DNA of 64,000 nucleotides from an uncultured Saccharospirillaceae bacterium. Its GTDB lineage: Bacteria > Pseudomonadota > Gammaproteobacteria > Pseudomonadales > Oceanobacteraceae. Made by a program: the position numbers and the translations under genes. Below, piece by piece: positions 1-10,269 of this stretch. The notes below the pieces were generated by a model. That model saw only the letters and a program-made list of their open reading frames with translations, ran no database searches and was not told the DNA's origin. Where the stretch lies: positions 52,775 through 116,774 of the forward strand of contig CANMOZ010000010.1 of the NCBI GenBank assembly GCA_947499545.1, in the 5' to 3' direction. The first letter of the stretch is position 1. Every line of letters begins with the position of its first letter.

Positions 1-1580
1 TTGCGATCAGCATCAGCATTCGCTTCTGCATCTTTAACCATTTGGTCAATCTCATCATCGCTCAAACCAGAAGAAGCTTGAATGACGATTGACTGCTCCT
101 TACCCGTCGCCTTGTCTTTAGCAGACACATTCAAGATACCGTTTGCGTCGATATCGAACGTGACTTCAATTTGCGGCAGGCCGCGCGGTGCAGGTGGAAT
201 ATCAGCCAGATCAAAACGTCCCAAGGATTTGTTTTGAACCGCTTGCTTACGCTCACCCTGAACCACATGAATGGTCACCGCTGTTTGGTTATCGTCCGCA
301 GTAGAGAACACCTGTGATTTTTTCGTTGGGATCGTGGTGTTTTTATCGATCAACGGCGTTGCAACACCACCCATGGTTTCAATACCCAAGGTCAATGGGG
401 TAACGTCTAGTAGAAGAACGTCTTTTACGTCACCTGACAGTACCGCACCTTGGATAGAAGCACCCATCGCAACCGCTTCATCAGGGTTAACGTCTTTACG
501 AGGCGTCTTGCCAAAGAAGTCAGACACCTTGGTTTGAACCATAGGCATACGGGTTTGACCACCGACCAAGATAACTTCATCAATGTCAGAGGCGCTCACA
601 CCAGAATCTTTTAGAGCAATGCGGCAAGGCTCAAGAGAACGCTCAACCAAGTCTTCGACTAGAGACTCCAACTTCGCACGCGTCACTTTAACGTTCAAGT
701 GCTTAGGTCCTGAAGCGTCCGCTGTGATATACGGCAAGTTAACGTCCGTCTGCTGAGAAGAAGACAATTCAATTTTTGCTTTCTCTGCGGCTTCTTTTAG
801 ACGCTGCATGGCTAATGCATCACCACGCAAATCAATACCTGAGTCTTTTTTGAACTCGTCTGCCAAGAATTCAATCAAACGAAGGTCAAAATCTTCACCA
901 CCCAAGAAGGTGTCACCGTTCGTTGCGAGTACTTCAAATTGCTTCTCGCCATCTACGTCTGCTACTTCGATGATGGACACGTCGAAGGTACCACCACCTA
1001 AGTCGTATACCGCGATGGTGCGATCACCACCTTCTTTATCAATACCGTAAGCAAGGGCAGCAGCCGTTGGCTCGTTGATGATACGTTTAACTTCTAATCC
1101 AGCAATACGACCAGCATCTTTAGTTGCTTGACGCTGAGAGTCGTTAAAGTAAGCCGGTACGGTAATGACGGCTTCTTTCACTTCTTCGCCGAGGTAATCT
1201 TCTGCGGTTTTCTTCATTTTTTTAAGAATTTCAGCAGAAATTTGCGGCGGAGCGTATTTGTTACCTTTTACTTCAACCCAAGCGTCACCATTGTCCGCTT
1301 TAGCGATTTTGTAAGGCACCATTTTGATGTCTTTTTGGACCACATCGTCTTCAAAACGACGGCCAATCAAACGCTTCACTGCGAACAACGTATTGTCAGG
1401 ATTCGTCACCGCTTGGCGTTTCGCTGGCTGACCGACCAAGATTTCATCATCGGTGTATGCCACGATTGAAGGCGTGGTACGGTGACCTTCTGCATTCTCA
1501 ATTACTCGAGACTTATCACCATCTAAAATTGCGACACAGGAGTTGGTGGTCCCTAAGTCAATGCCGATGATTTTTGCCAT
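1..1580 (-). CDS. dnaK: Molecular chaperone DnaK (Hsp70); partial, C-terminus runs off the window start
   Basis: Reverse translation from the ATG at 1580 gives [17 protein letters not shown]...[21 protein letters not shown], the canonical Hsp70 N-terminus. The reading frame stays open to position 1. Confidence 0.97.
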   Translation of the reverse strand, partial: MAKIIGIDLGTTNSCVAILDGDKSRVIENAEGHRTTPSIVAYTDDEILVGQPAKRQAVTNPDNTLFAVKRLIGRRFEDDVVQKDIKMVPYKIAKADNGDAWVEVKGNKYAPPQISAEILKKMKKTAEDYLGEEVKEAVITVPAYFNDSQRQATKDAGRIAGLEVKRIINEPTAAALAYGIDKEGGDRTIAVYDLGGGTFDVSIIEVADVDGEKQFEVLATNGDTFLGGEDFDLRLIEFLADEFKKDSGIDLRGDALAMQRLKEAAEKAKIELSSSQQTDVNLPYITADASGPKHLNVKVTRAKLESLVEDLVERSLEPCRIALKDSGVSASDIDEVILVGGQTRMPMVQTKVSDFFGKTPRKDVNPDEAVAMGASIQGAVLSGDVKDVLLLDVTPLTLGIETMGGVATPLIDKNTTIPTKKSQVFSTADDNQTAVTIHVVQGERKQAVQNKSLGRFDLADIPPAPRGLPQIEVTFDIDANGILNVSAKDKATGKEQSIVIQASSGLSDDEIDQMVKDAEANADADR

Positions 1581-1620
1581 GTGAACTCTCCAAAAAGCGT
1601 TTTATCTGTCGTTGATCTCT

Positions 1621-1648
1621 ATATGGGGTCGTATTTACCGGTTTCAAC
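1621..1648 (-). promoter_or_regulatory. Sigma-32 heat-shock promoter for dnaK
   Basis: Minus strand reads GTTGAAA (1642-1648), a 13-nt spacer, then CCCCATAT (1621-1628). This matches the E. coli sigma-32 consensus CTTGAAA-N13/14-CCCCATnT. It lies in the grpE-dnaK intergenic region. Confidence 0.6.
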
Positions 1649-1671
1649 AGCTAATCGAAAGAAAGTGACGA

Positions 1672-2259
1672 CTAAGCCTGTTCATCAACCTTGGCTGGGC
1701 TCTTAGACACCATAACCATAGCAGGGCGCAGTAAGCGTCCATGTAGGCTGTACCCTTTCTGGACAACCGCAAGCACCGTATTAGGCTCAGCGTCCGGGGC
1801 TTCAACCATCGACATTGCCTGATGTTCTTCTGGATTAAAGGGCTCGCCTTCAGGATCAATAACAGCCACTTGGTATTTTTCTAAACCGTCAATGAACGAT
1901 TTATGCGTCATCGAAACGCCTTCCAATACGGCTTTAAGGGCTTCGTCTTGTTCTTCTGGAGCAGACGCAAGCGCTCGCTCTAAATTATCCACAACCGGAA
2001 GCAGCTCTTTAATCAGCTTTTCAACCCCAAATTTGTGGGCTTTTTCAACATCTTGCTCAGCACGACGACGCACATTTTGGTTATCTGCGAGAGTACGCTG
2101 AAGTTGATCTTTCAACGTCGCAATCTCTTCTTGAGCGATCGCCAATTCGGAATCCGACACTGCCTCTGGCTCCATTTCTTCTGGTGTAGCTTGAGAGGTT
2201 TCAACCTGCTCTGCTGTTTCCACTTCTGAAGGGTCTTGAATTGGATCCTGATCCGCCAT
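1672..2259 (-). CDS. grpE: Nucleotide exchange factor GrpE
   Basis: 195 aa with an acidic N-terminus and the conserved GrpE core ([45 protein letters not shown] ... [15 protein letters not shown]). Sits immediately upstream of dnaK on the same strand. Confidence 0.95.
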   Translation of the reverse strand: MADQDPIQDPSEVETAEQVETSQATPEEMEPEAVSDSELAIAQEEIATLKDQLQRTLADNQNVRRRAEQDVEKAHKFGVEKLIKELLPVVDNLERALASAPEEQDEALKAVLEGVSMTHKSFIDGLEKYQVAVIDPEGEPFNPEEHQAMSMVEAPDAEPNTVLAVVQKGYSLHGRLLRPAMVMVSKSPAKVDEQA

Positions 2260-2329
2260 TGCCTGTCCTCATTCTATCAAGTTTAAACCTCTGCCCCATT
2301 TTGCTGGGCCAGTGTCTCAATGTGGGCAT

Positions 2330-2357
2330 ATATGGGGATGATTCCTGAGCTTTCAAG
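2330..2357 (-). promoter_or_regulatory. Sigma-32 heat-shock promoter for grpE
   Basis: Minus strand reads CTTGAAA (2351-2357), a 13-nt spacer, then CCCCATAT (2330-2337). About 70 bp upstream of the grpE start. Confidence 0.6.
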
Positions 2358-2446
2358 AGGTTGAGCTAAAGATTCATTCAAGCGTTAAGGCTCACTTTCG
2401 ACAAAATCCTGTTGCACCTCTGGCACGCAAACTGTATAAACAACCA

Positions 2447-2462
2447 CTGTAATTAATGACAG
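2447..2462 (+). promoter_or_regulatory. LexA (SOS) box upstream of recN
   Basis: CTGTAATTAATGACAG is a perfect CTGT-N8-ACAG palindrome 22 bp upstream of the recN ATG. recN is a classical SOS gene. Confidence 0.65.
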
Positions 2463-2483
2463 GATAGGGAAGGAAGGCAAAGC

Positions 2484-4181
2484 ATGCTTAAGCAGCTAGT
2501 CATCCAAAACATGGCCATTGTTGAGCGACTCGAGCTGGAGTTCCAGCAAGGTTTTACTGTGATTACGGGCGAAACGGGTGCTGGCAAGTCCATCATGATG
2601 GAAGCCTTGCATCTCTTATGTGGCGCTCGCGCAGACTCTCAACGCATTAGCCCTGAGCAAGAAAAAGCACTGGTCACGGCCTCGTTTCACGTTCAACTTG
2701 AATCGACGCGCCAGTGGTTACAAGAACAAGATTTGTTGGATACCGATGACAGTCATTCCCTCATCATTCAGCGCAGCATCACAAGAGACGGCCGTAGCCG
2801 TGCGAAAATCAACGGGCATCCATGCACTGCCCAGCAACTCAGACAGTTGGGCCCTAAACTTCTCAACTATCAGTCTCAACAAGCTCCCCAGAAATTTCAT
2901 TCCACGGCCGAAACACTGGCTTATGTCGATGCTTACCACGGGCAAACTGACGCTTTGACGGAAACGAAAGAAGCCTATGAAACCTTACGCAAACGCCAGA
3001 AAGAGCACCAAGAGTTAAAAAACGAATGGCATAAGGCTTCCATTGAACGTGATTTACTAGAATACCAAGCAGCGGAATTAGAAGAGCTAGCGCCCATGCA
3101 CGATGAGCTTGCTCAACTGGAATCAGAACGACTCATTCTCGAAAATGCTGAGCAAAATTTACTTGGTGCGCAACGCGCTCTCACCTTGGGAGCCAATATT
3201 AATGACTACCAGAGCACCTCCAACGCGCGCGATCTTTTAATTCAAATCCAACAAGCTTTGAGCGAGATGCAGGACACATCAGAGCAACTGTCGAATGCCA
3301 ACGACATCGTTGCGCAAAGCCTCACGCTAATTGACGAAATGACCAACGAGTTAGAACTCTATATCAATCAATTTGAAATGAACCCCGAACGTTTGCAATG
3401 GATACAACAGCGTTTGGACAGTTGGTACACATTGGCACGCAAACATAAATGTACACCAGAAGCGCTCCCTGAGCGGCTTGAATCGATTCAAAATGCGCTG
3501 GCACACATCGACAATCAACCTGAGCAAATAAAACAGCTCGAAGCGCAGATTCAACTCTGTCATACACTTTTTGAAAAAGCAGCGGCTAGGCTAACGCAGA
3601 TTCGCCAGCAGGCCGCTAGGCAAATTGAACAACAAGTCAGAATCATTTTACCCGAGCTTGATTTACCAAAAGTTTTATTCGAGCTTAAGATAACCTCTAC
3701 CTCTCATGAAGGTGAAACAGGTCTGGATCAAGCAACTATTTGGGTCAGAACCAACCCAGGACAACCCTCTAGGCCGCTTGCGGAGATCGCCTCTGGGGGA
3801 GAAATGGCACGTCTTTTCTTGGCACTGGAAGCCGCAAACGCGGCTCATAACATTACATCCACACTCATTTTTGATGAAGTCGACATCGGCGTTGGCGGTG
3901 CTACTGCCGAACGTATGGGAAGATTGCTCAGAAAAATAAGTCATCAAGCTCAAGTGCTGTGCATTACGCATCAACCACAGGTAGCCGCTTTAGGTCAGCA
4001 GCATTTATTTGTTTCAAAACGCACACTCAATCAATCGGGCGTCAAAACGGTTTCAGAAGCTCGATATTTAAACCCTACTCAAAGAGTGAATGAACTGGCC
4101 AGAATGTTGGGAGGTGTTCGAGAAACCAACACAACCCTGATGCATGCTGAGTCGTTATTAGCATTAGATGCAACCGCTTGA
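2484..4181 (+). CDS. recN: DNA repair protein RecN
   Basis: 565 aa. N-terminal Walker A (GETGAGKSIM), a long coiled-coil, and a C-terminal signature/Walker B region (SGGEMARLFLALE ... LIFDEVDIGVGG). This is the SMC-like RecN architecture. Confidence 0.95.
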   Translation: MLKQLVIQNMAIVERLELEFQQGFTVITGETGAGKSIMMEALHLLCGARADSQRISPEQEKALVTASFHVQLESTRQWLQEQDLLDTDDSHSLIIQRSITRDGRSRAKINGHPCTAQQLRQLGPKLLNYQSQQAPQKFHSTAETLAYVDAYHGQTDALTETKEAYETLRKRQKEHQELKNEWHKASIERDLLEYQAAELEELAPMHDELAQLESERLILENAEQNLLGAQRALTLGANINDYQSTSNARDLLIQIQQALSEMQDTSEQLSNANDIVAQSLTLIDEMTNELELYINQFEMNPERLQWIQQRLDSWYTLARKHKCTPEALPERLESIQNALAHIDNQPEQIKQLEAQIQLCHTLFEKAAARLTQIRQQAARQIEQQVRIILPELDLPKVLFELKITSTSHEGETGLDQATIWVRTNPGQPSRPLAEIASGGEMARLFLALEAANAAHNITSTLIFDEVDIGVGGATAERMGRLLRKISHQAQVLCITHQPQVAALGQQHLFVSKRTLNQSGVKTVSEARYLNPTQRVNELARMLGGVRETNTTLMHAESLLALDATA

Positions 4182-4228
4182 TGGAAAATATTCACTAGAG
4201 GCTTTTTCAGATTTTGTTTTAGGTTCTT

Positions 4229-5986
4229 TTAATTTGACTGTTGTTGGCGCGGGTTAGATTTGGAATCACTCTCAGGATGATTCTGCTGTTTAAGGAATTG
4301 CTGAATAATACTCACCAGCCGGTCAGGGTGAATTGGCTTAACCAAAAAGTCATTCATCCCTACTTTTAAACAAGTGTCCCTCGTTTCTTGCTCTCGGTTT
4401 GCCGTTAACGCAATTATCGGCAAATGCTCATACGCACTCATGCTTCTAATGGTTTCGGTGCATTTAACTCCATCCATAACAGGCATTTGGATATCCATTA
4501 ATATCAATGAAATATCTGGATGATGCTTCAACTTAACCAACGCATCTTCGCCATTATGGGCAACGATGACTTGATAGCCTTTGGATGACAAAGCCTCTTC
4601 AACGATCATTTGATTAATAGGAGTGTCTTCAACCAGCAAAATCGTTGAGCTCTCCAACGAGAGCACATCATCCACCACTTGCCTAGCATTATCTTGCTTT
4701 TTCGCTTGCTCCAAACGAACACTCAGACTCACCCATGCACCCTTACCAGGATCAAAGTCGAGTTGTAACCGACCATCCAGCCGCTCAGCCCAGTCGTGCA
4801 ATAACATCACTAAAAATTGCGACCCCAGGTCGTCTTCTGATCTGGTTAGCGGTGACGATACGGGCGCTTGAATCACAATACTTAACCGATCCTGTTTATC
4901 GCCTTTGTTTAAAATAACACGCACCGTCATATCGCCAGACGTCGCTTGAGCAATACTCATGTCCAATAGAGCGTGCAATAAAATAATGATGCCGGTTCCA
5001 TCACCATAATATTCTGACCAACGCCCGGAATCCTGGTAATCCAAATGCCACTTTAAACCTTTATGTTCTGCAATACGCTGCCAACGCGCCAATAAAGGTC
5101 TTAATTCAACGTGCAGATCAAAATCATGCCGCTGAACGTTTAAGGTTCCCATGTGGTATTGAGCCCCCAGACACATTAACCTGCCTTCGAACATTAAGGA
5201 GTGAAGCTCGCTCAAATACTGGGCATTCGATACTGGAGACAGAGTATCGGGCTTTTGAAGATGAAGTACCGCTATATCGCATTGACGCGCAAGCGACATC
5301 CCTCTGGCCATAAGGAAGTGCTGCAAGGTTTCTAAACTGCCTCGAGCTTCTCGATAATTTTGTTCTAATTTTTGCAATTGCCCTTTTAACTTATGTGTAT
5401 CAAAGAGCACTGCTTGCAAACGATCAATCCGCCCTTTTGCATCGCGACTGACTCGGAAAGTCACAAGCGCCCAAGACAACCTTCCCTTAGGGTCTAATAA
5501 ACGCAACTCGATCGATTTGAATTCCCTTTCACCGGCCGTCAATTCATGCAATGTCGTCTCAACAATAGAACGATCACTTTCATACACAAAGTCTGGTAGA
5601 GCTCCTTCACTCCACCCTCTTGGTACCCCCATCAACGCACAGGCAGCTGAGTTCACTTCAAGTAGCCCACCCGCTGTATCCATCGCGACCAAAGCGGCCG
5701 GAGATTGAGTAAACTCCCTTGAGTGGTGGTCTTTTTGAGATTGCAGCTCATCAATATTGAGCTTGATGGCTTGCAATAAAGGGCGAATGGCTAATCCATA
5801 AAAGCAGCCACAAAGAAGTGTCCAACCGACGAAGAAGAAACTAATACCGCCAGCCACCCAAGCTTGCGGAAGCAATTCAGGCAACCACCCAGGTCCCGAC
5901 AAAAGACCAAAGGTATAAGTACTGGCAAATAACGTTTTGACGAGCAAGGGCACTGATCGAGTCAGCGCATTATTGACCTCAGCCAC
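4229..5986 (-). CDS. Hybrid sensor histidine kinase / response regulator (TM + PAS + kinase core + C-terminal receiver)
   Basis: N-terminal transmembrane segments, a PAS-like region, then a C-terminal REC domain (ILLVEDTPINQMIVEEAL...ILMDIQMPVMDG...PIIALTA). The kinase core looks divergent. Confidence 0.7.
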   Translation of the reverse strand: MAEVNNALTRSVPLLVKTLFASTYTFGLLSGPGWLPELLPQAWVAGGISFFFVGWTLLCGCFYGLAIRPLLQAIKLNIDELQSQKDHHSREFTQSPAALVAMDTAGGLLEVNSAACALMGVPRGWSEGALPDFVYESDRSIVETTLHELTAGEREFKSIELRLLDPKGRLSWALVTFRVSRDAKGRIDRLQAVLFDTHKLKGQLQKLEQNYREARGSLETLQHFLMARGMSLARQCDIAVLHLQKPDTLSPVSNAQYLSELHSLMFEGRLMCLGAQYHMGTLNVQRHDFDLHVELRPLLARWQRIAEHKGLKWHLDYQDSGRWSEYYGDGTGIIILLHALLDMSIAQATSGDMTVRVILNKGDKQDRLSIVIQAPVSSPLTRSEDDLGSQFLVMLLHDWAERLDGRLQLDFDPGKGAWVSLSVRLEQAKKQDNARQVVDDVLSLESSTILLVEDTPINQMIVEEALSSKGYQVIVAHNGEDALVKLKHHPDISLILMDIQMPVMDGVKCTETIRSMSAYEHLPIIALTANREQETRDTCLKVGMNDFLVKPIHPDRLVSIIQQFLKQQNHPESDSKSNPRQQQSN

Positions 5987-6035
5987 CTGAATTCATCATC
6001 ATTCCATAAGCCCAGAGCAGTCCGAGCGTTTTTAA

Positions 6036-6998
6036 CTAGAGACCTTGAACCAAATTGGGTTGCCCCAGAGAGTCTTGCGATTCCCTCGCTTGAGTATAGG
6101 AGTCAGAACGTCTGATGTCCTCGACCAAAGTGTCCATTGCTTTAAGTGGGCTTCGATCTATGGGTAAGGTTTTACGATCCCCGAAATGCACGATACGTTC
6201 ATCAAAAGCTTCGATGTCCAGCAAACCTGATACCGTCGCTTGGCTAATCCCCAAGTACGCTAACTTTGGTATAGCTGACTTCAAATAATCGATGGTTTCA
6301 GGATATGGATGCGCAATGACGACTGCTGAACCATAGGTTTTAGCCGTCCGGATAGCGCGTTTAAACTGCTCATGAATGTCTCGGGGGTCACGACTGTGAT
6401 CCAAAAATACGTCCCTGGCTACACTCGGGATTTGTCGCTCTTGAGCCACACGATAAGCAACTGAACGAGCCGTTGTTCGACTGTCCACAAAGTAGTAACG
6501 GTCGCTTCTGAGCGTTTCCATCACCCATTTCATAGAGTTTTCATGGGTTGTTAATTGACTCCCCATGTGGTTGTTAACGCCTCGAACAAAAGGAATGGCT
6601 GCTAATGCCGAGCGTAAGCGGGCTTTGAAAGTGCGTTCATCCTGATAAGGGGTTAACCCACCATCACCCAGAGGTGCTTGACGCGTATTGCTCATTGGGA
6701 TGTGCAACATCACCTCTTTATGTAATCGGTGTGCGTATTGAGCTAAAGATTTTACATGAGGCCGATAAGGCAAAAAAGCATAAGTAATAGGGCCTGGTAA
6801 GCTGAGTGCCTGCAACCCCCTTTCCCAATGCAGTCCCATATCATCAATGATCAACACCATTGTCGGGGGTTGAGATTCCTCCTCGGCGTTCGCTTTAACC
6901 GAGGTTGCATCAGCGAGCACCACAGAAGAAGCTATCAACCATAGGGCTGACAGCCAGCAACGCCATCCTTGGCTATAAACCGAACCCCTTTTCCTCAT
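6036..6998 (-). CDS. yibQ: Divergent polysaccharide deacetylase family protein (YibQ-like)
   Basis: 320 aa secreted protein. It sits next to ctpA, envC and gpmI exactly as yibQ does in E. coli. Call rests on synteny and length. Confidence 0.7.
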   Translation of the reverse strand: MRKRGSVYSQGWRCWLSALWLIASSVVLADATSVKANAEEESQPPTMVLIIDDMGLHWERGLQALSLPGPITYAFLPYRPHVKSLAQYAHRLHKEVMLHIPMSNTRQAPLGDGGLTPYQDERTFKARLRSALAAIPFVRGVNNHMGSQLTTHENSMKWVMETLRSDRYYFVDSRTTARSVAYRVAQERQIPSVARDVFLDHSRDPRDIHEQFKRAIRTAKTYGSAVVIAHPYPETIDYLKSAIPKLAYLGISQATVSGLLDIEAFDERIVHFGDRKTLPIDRSPLKAMDTLVEDIRRSDSYTQARESQDSLGQPNLVQGL

Positions 6999-7010
6999 CC
7001 ATGAACCTCA

Positions 7011-8354
7011 TTAAGGTTGCTTCTGAGTCAACACGATGCCTTTCAGGACCGTTAAGGCCTGCGCAAGTTGAAAATCTCTTGAGCGTTTAGTCGACTTTTT
7101 CTTTGATTTTTTGTCATCGTCCCCTTTCTCGTTATTCAGGTGACGGCTCAAATCGCGCTCTTTGTAATACATAGACTCCGCATCCGTCGCTTGGAATGTT
7201 CCCTGGCTCACTTGAATATCTGGCTCAATACCCTCCGCCTGTATAGAGCGTCCTTTAGGCGTATAATAGCGGGCGGTTGTCAATTTCAAAGCAAACTCTT
7301 TTTTTAGCGGTAGCACCGTTTGTACCGAGCCTTTTCCGAAGCTTGGCGTTCCTACAATCAATGCGCGCTTATGATCTTGCAACGCGCCAGCAACAATTTC
7401 GGAAGCCGAAGCAGAACCCGCGTTCACCAACACAACTGTGGGAATCCGGCCCGCGGCTGTATTCGTCGGCCGTGCATTGAAGGTTACAACGGAAGAGGGG
7501 GCCCGACCTCGAGTGCTGACGATGACACCTTGATTTAGGAACGCATCCGAGACGCCCACAGCTGCATCAAGTACGCCTCCTGGGTTATTTCTAAGATCCA
7601 AGATCAAGCCTTCTGCGTTGGACTCACGTAATTCTTCAATGGCATCTCTGACATCGTCGGCCGTATTTTCTTGAAATTGGCTAATGCGAATGTAACCAAA
7701 TCGGCCTTCTTCCATGCGATAGCGCACACTGGCCACTTTGATTTCATCTCGAACGAGGGAAAACCTAAGCGGGTCTTTTGAACCCTCTCTGAAAATACCC
7801 AACTCCACTTTAGAGCCAGGCTCACCTCTTAAGTAATCAATGGCGTCTTTTAAGTTCATCCCTTTGACAGGCTTACCATCCAGTTCAAAAATCAAATCAC
7901 CTGCCAGTAAACCCGCTTTGGCAGCAGGTGTTCCATCCATAGGAGAGACGACACGAATTAAGCCTTCATGCATGTCCACTTCGATCCCAACACCACCAAA
8001 GGCACCAGAAGTGTTAAATTGCAGACTATCAAAATCGTCTGGTTCAAGATAAGCCGAGTGCGGGTCTAATCCTTCTAGCATCCCACGAATGGCTAAATTA
8101 ATAAGGGTCTTATCGTCCATCTCTTCAACGTAGTTGTTGCGAATTAATTCATATACATCAGCAAACAACTGCAATTCTTCTAAGGGTAAAGCAGCGCTTT
8201 TTTTCTCATTTTCATCATCATCAGCCCATGACAAGGTTGATAACCCCCAGGTCAATACGGCGATCAAAGGCAAACTACGAATTCGTAGGGGATTAACAAT
8301 GCGTCCCATGTCTACTCTCTTGCTGTTAATTAGATACTCTTGCCACGCAATCAA
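7011..8354 (-). CDS. ctpA: Carboxy-terminal processing protease (S41 family, CtpA/Prc-like) with PDZ domain
   Basis: 447 aa with a signal peptide, a PDZ region (GGVGIEVDMHEGLIRVVSPMDGTPAAKAGLLAGDLIFELDG) and an S41 catalytic core (VVLVNAGSASASEIVAGALQD, TPSFGKGSVQ). Confidence 0.9.
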   Translation of the reverse strand: MIAWQEYLINSKRVDMGRIVNPLRIRSLPLIAVLTWGLSTLSWADDDENEKKSAALPLEELQLFADVYELIRNNYVEEMDDKTLINLAIRGMLEGLDPHSAYLEPDDFDSLQFNTSGAFGGVGIEVDMHEGLIRVVSPMDGTPAAKAGLLAGDLIFELDGKPVKGMNLKDAIDYLRGEPGSKVELGIFREGSKDPLRFSLVRDEIKVASVRYRMEEGRFGYIRISQFQENTADDVRDAIEELRESNAEGLILDLRNNPGGVLDAAVGVSDAFLNQGVIVSTRGRAPSSVVTFNARPTNTAAGRIPTVVLVNAGSASASEIVAGALQDHKRALIVGTPSFGKGSVQTVLPLKKEFALKLTTARYYTPKGRSIQAEGIEPDIQVSQGTFQATDAESMYYKERDLSRHLNNEKGDDDKKSKKKSTKRSRDFQLAQALTVLKGIVLTQKQP

Positions 8355-8453
8355 CGCTCAATTTGATCGCATGAATTTTACTGGCTACGGATAGGAGTAT
8401 GGATCTAATCAATGGTTCCTGGCAGTTGGCCCGGCAGGATTGTCTCAATACAC

Positions 8454-9605
8454 CTACTTGCTCGCCATCCAACGGCGCGGGTTGACTGGCTTGCCTTTGT
8501 GGCGAATCTCAAAATAGAGGCTTGGCGTATCATACCCCCCAGAGCGCCCCATCGTTGCAATGGCTTCGCCGGCGCTTACCCACTCCCCTTCCGTTTTCAG
8601 CAAGCTTTGATTACGTGCGTACAGCGTCATGTAACCCTGACCATGATCAATAATGACCAGCATGCCATACCCTCGAAGCCAGTCAGAAAACACGATTCGG
8701 CCGTGATGAATGGCTTTTACTGGCGTTCCCTCATGCCCTCGGATCAACCAACCACGGCCTTCATGGGGTAAACCTTGGTCATAACCTTGGACCAGCTGAC
8801 CTTTCGTAGGGATTGGCAATAGCCCTTTGCGTTGGGTAAAGGATTGGGTTTGGTCAGGATGCGGGTACTGTTCGAGCACACGCTCAACTTTTGCAACCAG
8901 AGCCTCCAACCGTTTGCGCTGGGTTTCCCGTTGCTGTAATGCTTGATCCTTGTTTGCGATGGTTTGTTTCAATTTCGCCAAGACATCCGCACGTTGGCTT
9001 TTTTGAGTACGCGCCTTTTGACGATGCGCTTCAAGCTGGAATTTTTCAGTTCGAATGCTCGTCACACTTTGATTGACTTCCGTCTCTAGGGCTCTCACAT
9101 CGGTCAACGTTGCTCGATAGGCTTCAATATCGGCGATCCGAGCTTCATTTAAGTAACTTAAATACCGCATTTTTCTTGCTGCCACAGCCGGGGAGTCAGC
9201 ACTTAAAGCCATTTTCAAAAAGCCCGTCGGGCGCCAGCGATAAGCCAACTCTAACTGTTTTGCCAGGCGAGTCTCATACTCTAACAATTGACTGTTAAGA
9301 TGAGCCCCCTGGCGTTTGAGCTTTTTTAGGCGGCTTTCCTCCTGATTCAAGGCTTTTTCCGCATTTTGTATTTTCTGGGATAAGTCAGAAAGGTTTTTCT
9401 CATTACGCATGAGCTGACTTTCAAGCTTTGACTTCTGACCTTTCGCGGATTCGAGCCAAACCTTCAATTCTTTGATTTCAGCTTGCACCGCTTGCAGATC
9501 TTTTTCCTTATTCGGCTCGCCAACCACCGCCAGCGAGCACAACATTAGAGCTGCACACAGGCATCGTCGCCCCTTTCTGATCTTGAATAGCTGTAGATGT
9601 GTCAT
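8454..9605 (-). CDS. envC: Murein hydrolase activator EnvC-like (coiled-coil + M23/LytM peptidase domain)
   Basis: Signal peptide, a long coiled-coil, then a C-terminal LytM domain (GWLIRGHEGTPVKAIHHGRIVFSDWLRGYGMLVIIDHGQGYMTLYARNQ). E. coli-like synteny with gpmI and yibQ. Confidence 0.85.
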   Translation of the reverse strand: MTHLQLFKIRKGRRCLCAALMLCSLAVVGEPNKEKDLQAVQAEIKELKVWLESAKGQKSKLESQLMRNEKNLSDLSQKIQNAEKALNQEESRLKKLKRQGAHLNSQLLEYETRLAKQLELAYRWRPTGFLKMALSADSPAVAARKMRYLSYLNEARIADIEAYRATLTDVRALETEVNQSVTSIRTEKFQLEAHRQKARTQKSQRADVLAKLKQTIANKDQALQQRETQRKRLEALVAKVERVLEQYPHPDQTQSFTQRKGLLPIPTKGQLVQGYDQGLPHEGRGWLIRGHEGTPVKAIHHGRIVFSDWLRGYGMLVIIDHGQGYMTLYARNQSLLKTEGEWVSAGEAIATMGRSGGYDTPSLYFEIRHKGKPVNPRRWMASK

Positions 9606-9865
9606 TAAAAGCCGCGCTCAGTTTTTGATTTGCATAGATCATACTTTAAGGGGTCTTGAGGGTCTCATCAATGAAGATTCATCGAACTCATGCTCATGAT
9701 TGCACGTTGCACCCACAAGTGTGTCCTTTATGCACCACTAAGAGCAATCTTCCATCTTGGATCGGAATAACAAATCGATGCTGGCTAGACAGCACCCGAG
9801 CAGTAATAGAGTCCCCCAGAGTAGTCATCAAGTGGGTATTACTCTAAATAGGGATGCTGCATCAT

Positions 9866-10171
9866 TTAATCCAGATAGATAGGGGGAACTATATTAAAGA
9901 TTTTTGTGTTCCAGGAAAAAGACGTGATTATCTCTCTATTCGACAGTGGATTCTTGTACAATTCCATCACTGCATAAGCAGGCAGCTTGTCAAAGTTCAT
10001 GACAAGATAAACTATTCTCACTTTTTCTGTGACTTTAATAATTTTGATCAAATCCGCATTTTTATATGAGCACAGAATCCCTTTATTATCATTAAGCCCA
10101 AAATCTTTTTCGTTAGCATACTGATTAATACTAGGCTTTAGATAAATTTCACGGCAATACCCACACATCAC
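9866..10171 (-). CDS. Hypothetical small protein in an AT-rich insert
   Basis: 101-aa ORF in a markedly AT-rich stretch between envC and gpmI. No recognisable domain. Weak call. Confidence 0.2.
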   Translation of the reverse strand: MMCGYCREIYLKPSINQYANEKDFGLNDNKGILCSYKNADLIKIIKVTEKVRIVYLVMNFDKLPAYAVMELYKNPLSNREIITSFSWNTKIFNIVPPIYLD

Positions 10172-10269
10172 TACTTAAAAACGTACTCGTTAAAATATAG
10201 TGATGCTGAAGGGGTTGAGTAAGCGGTATTTCATATATTTCTGGAAGCAAAGAGCGGAGGTATCAATCA

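Noticed and set aside
271-1469. Three plus-strand ORFs (88, 80, 113 aa) inside the dnaK region
   Set aside because: They are antisense to a near-certain dnaK reading frame. Their composition is low-complexity and Ser/Pro-rich, typical of shadow ORFs.
2432-2449. Second CTGT-containing element (CTGTATAAACAACCACTG) just upstream of the LexA box
   Set aside because: Lacks the ACAG half-site at the correct 8-nt spacing, so only one LexA box is claimed.
8412-8771. 119-aa plus-strand ORF overlapping envC
   Set aside because: Antisense to the conserved M23 domain of envC, with no RBS or homology signal.
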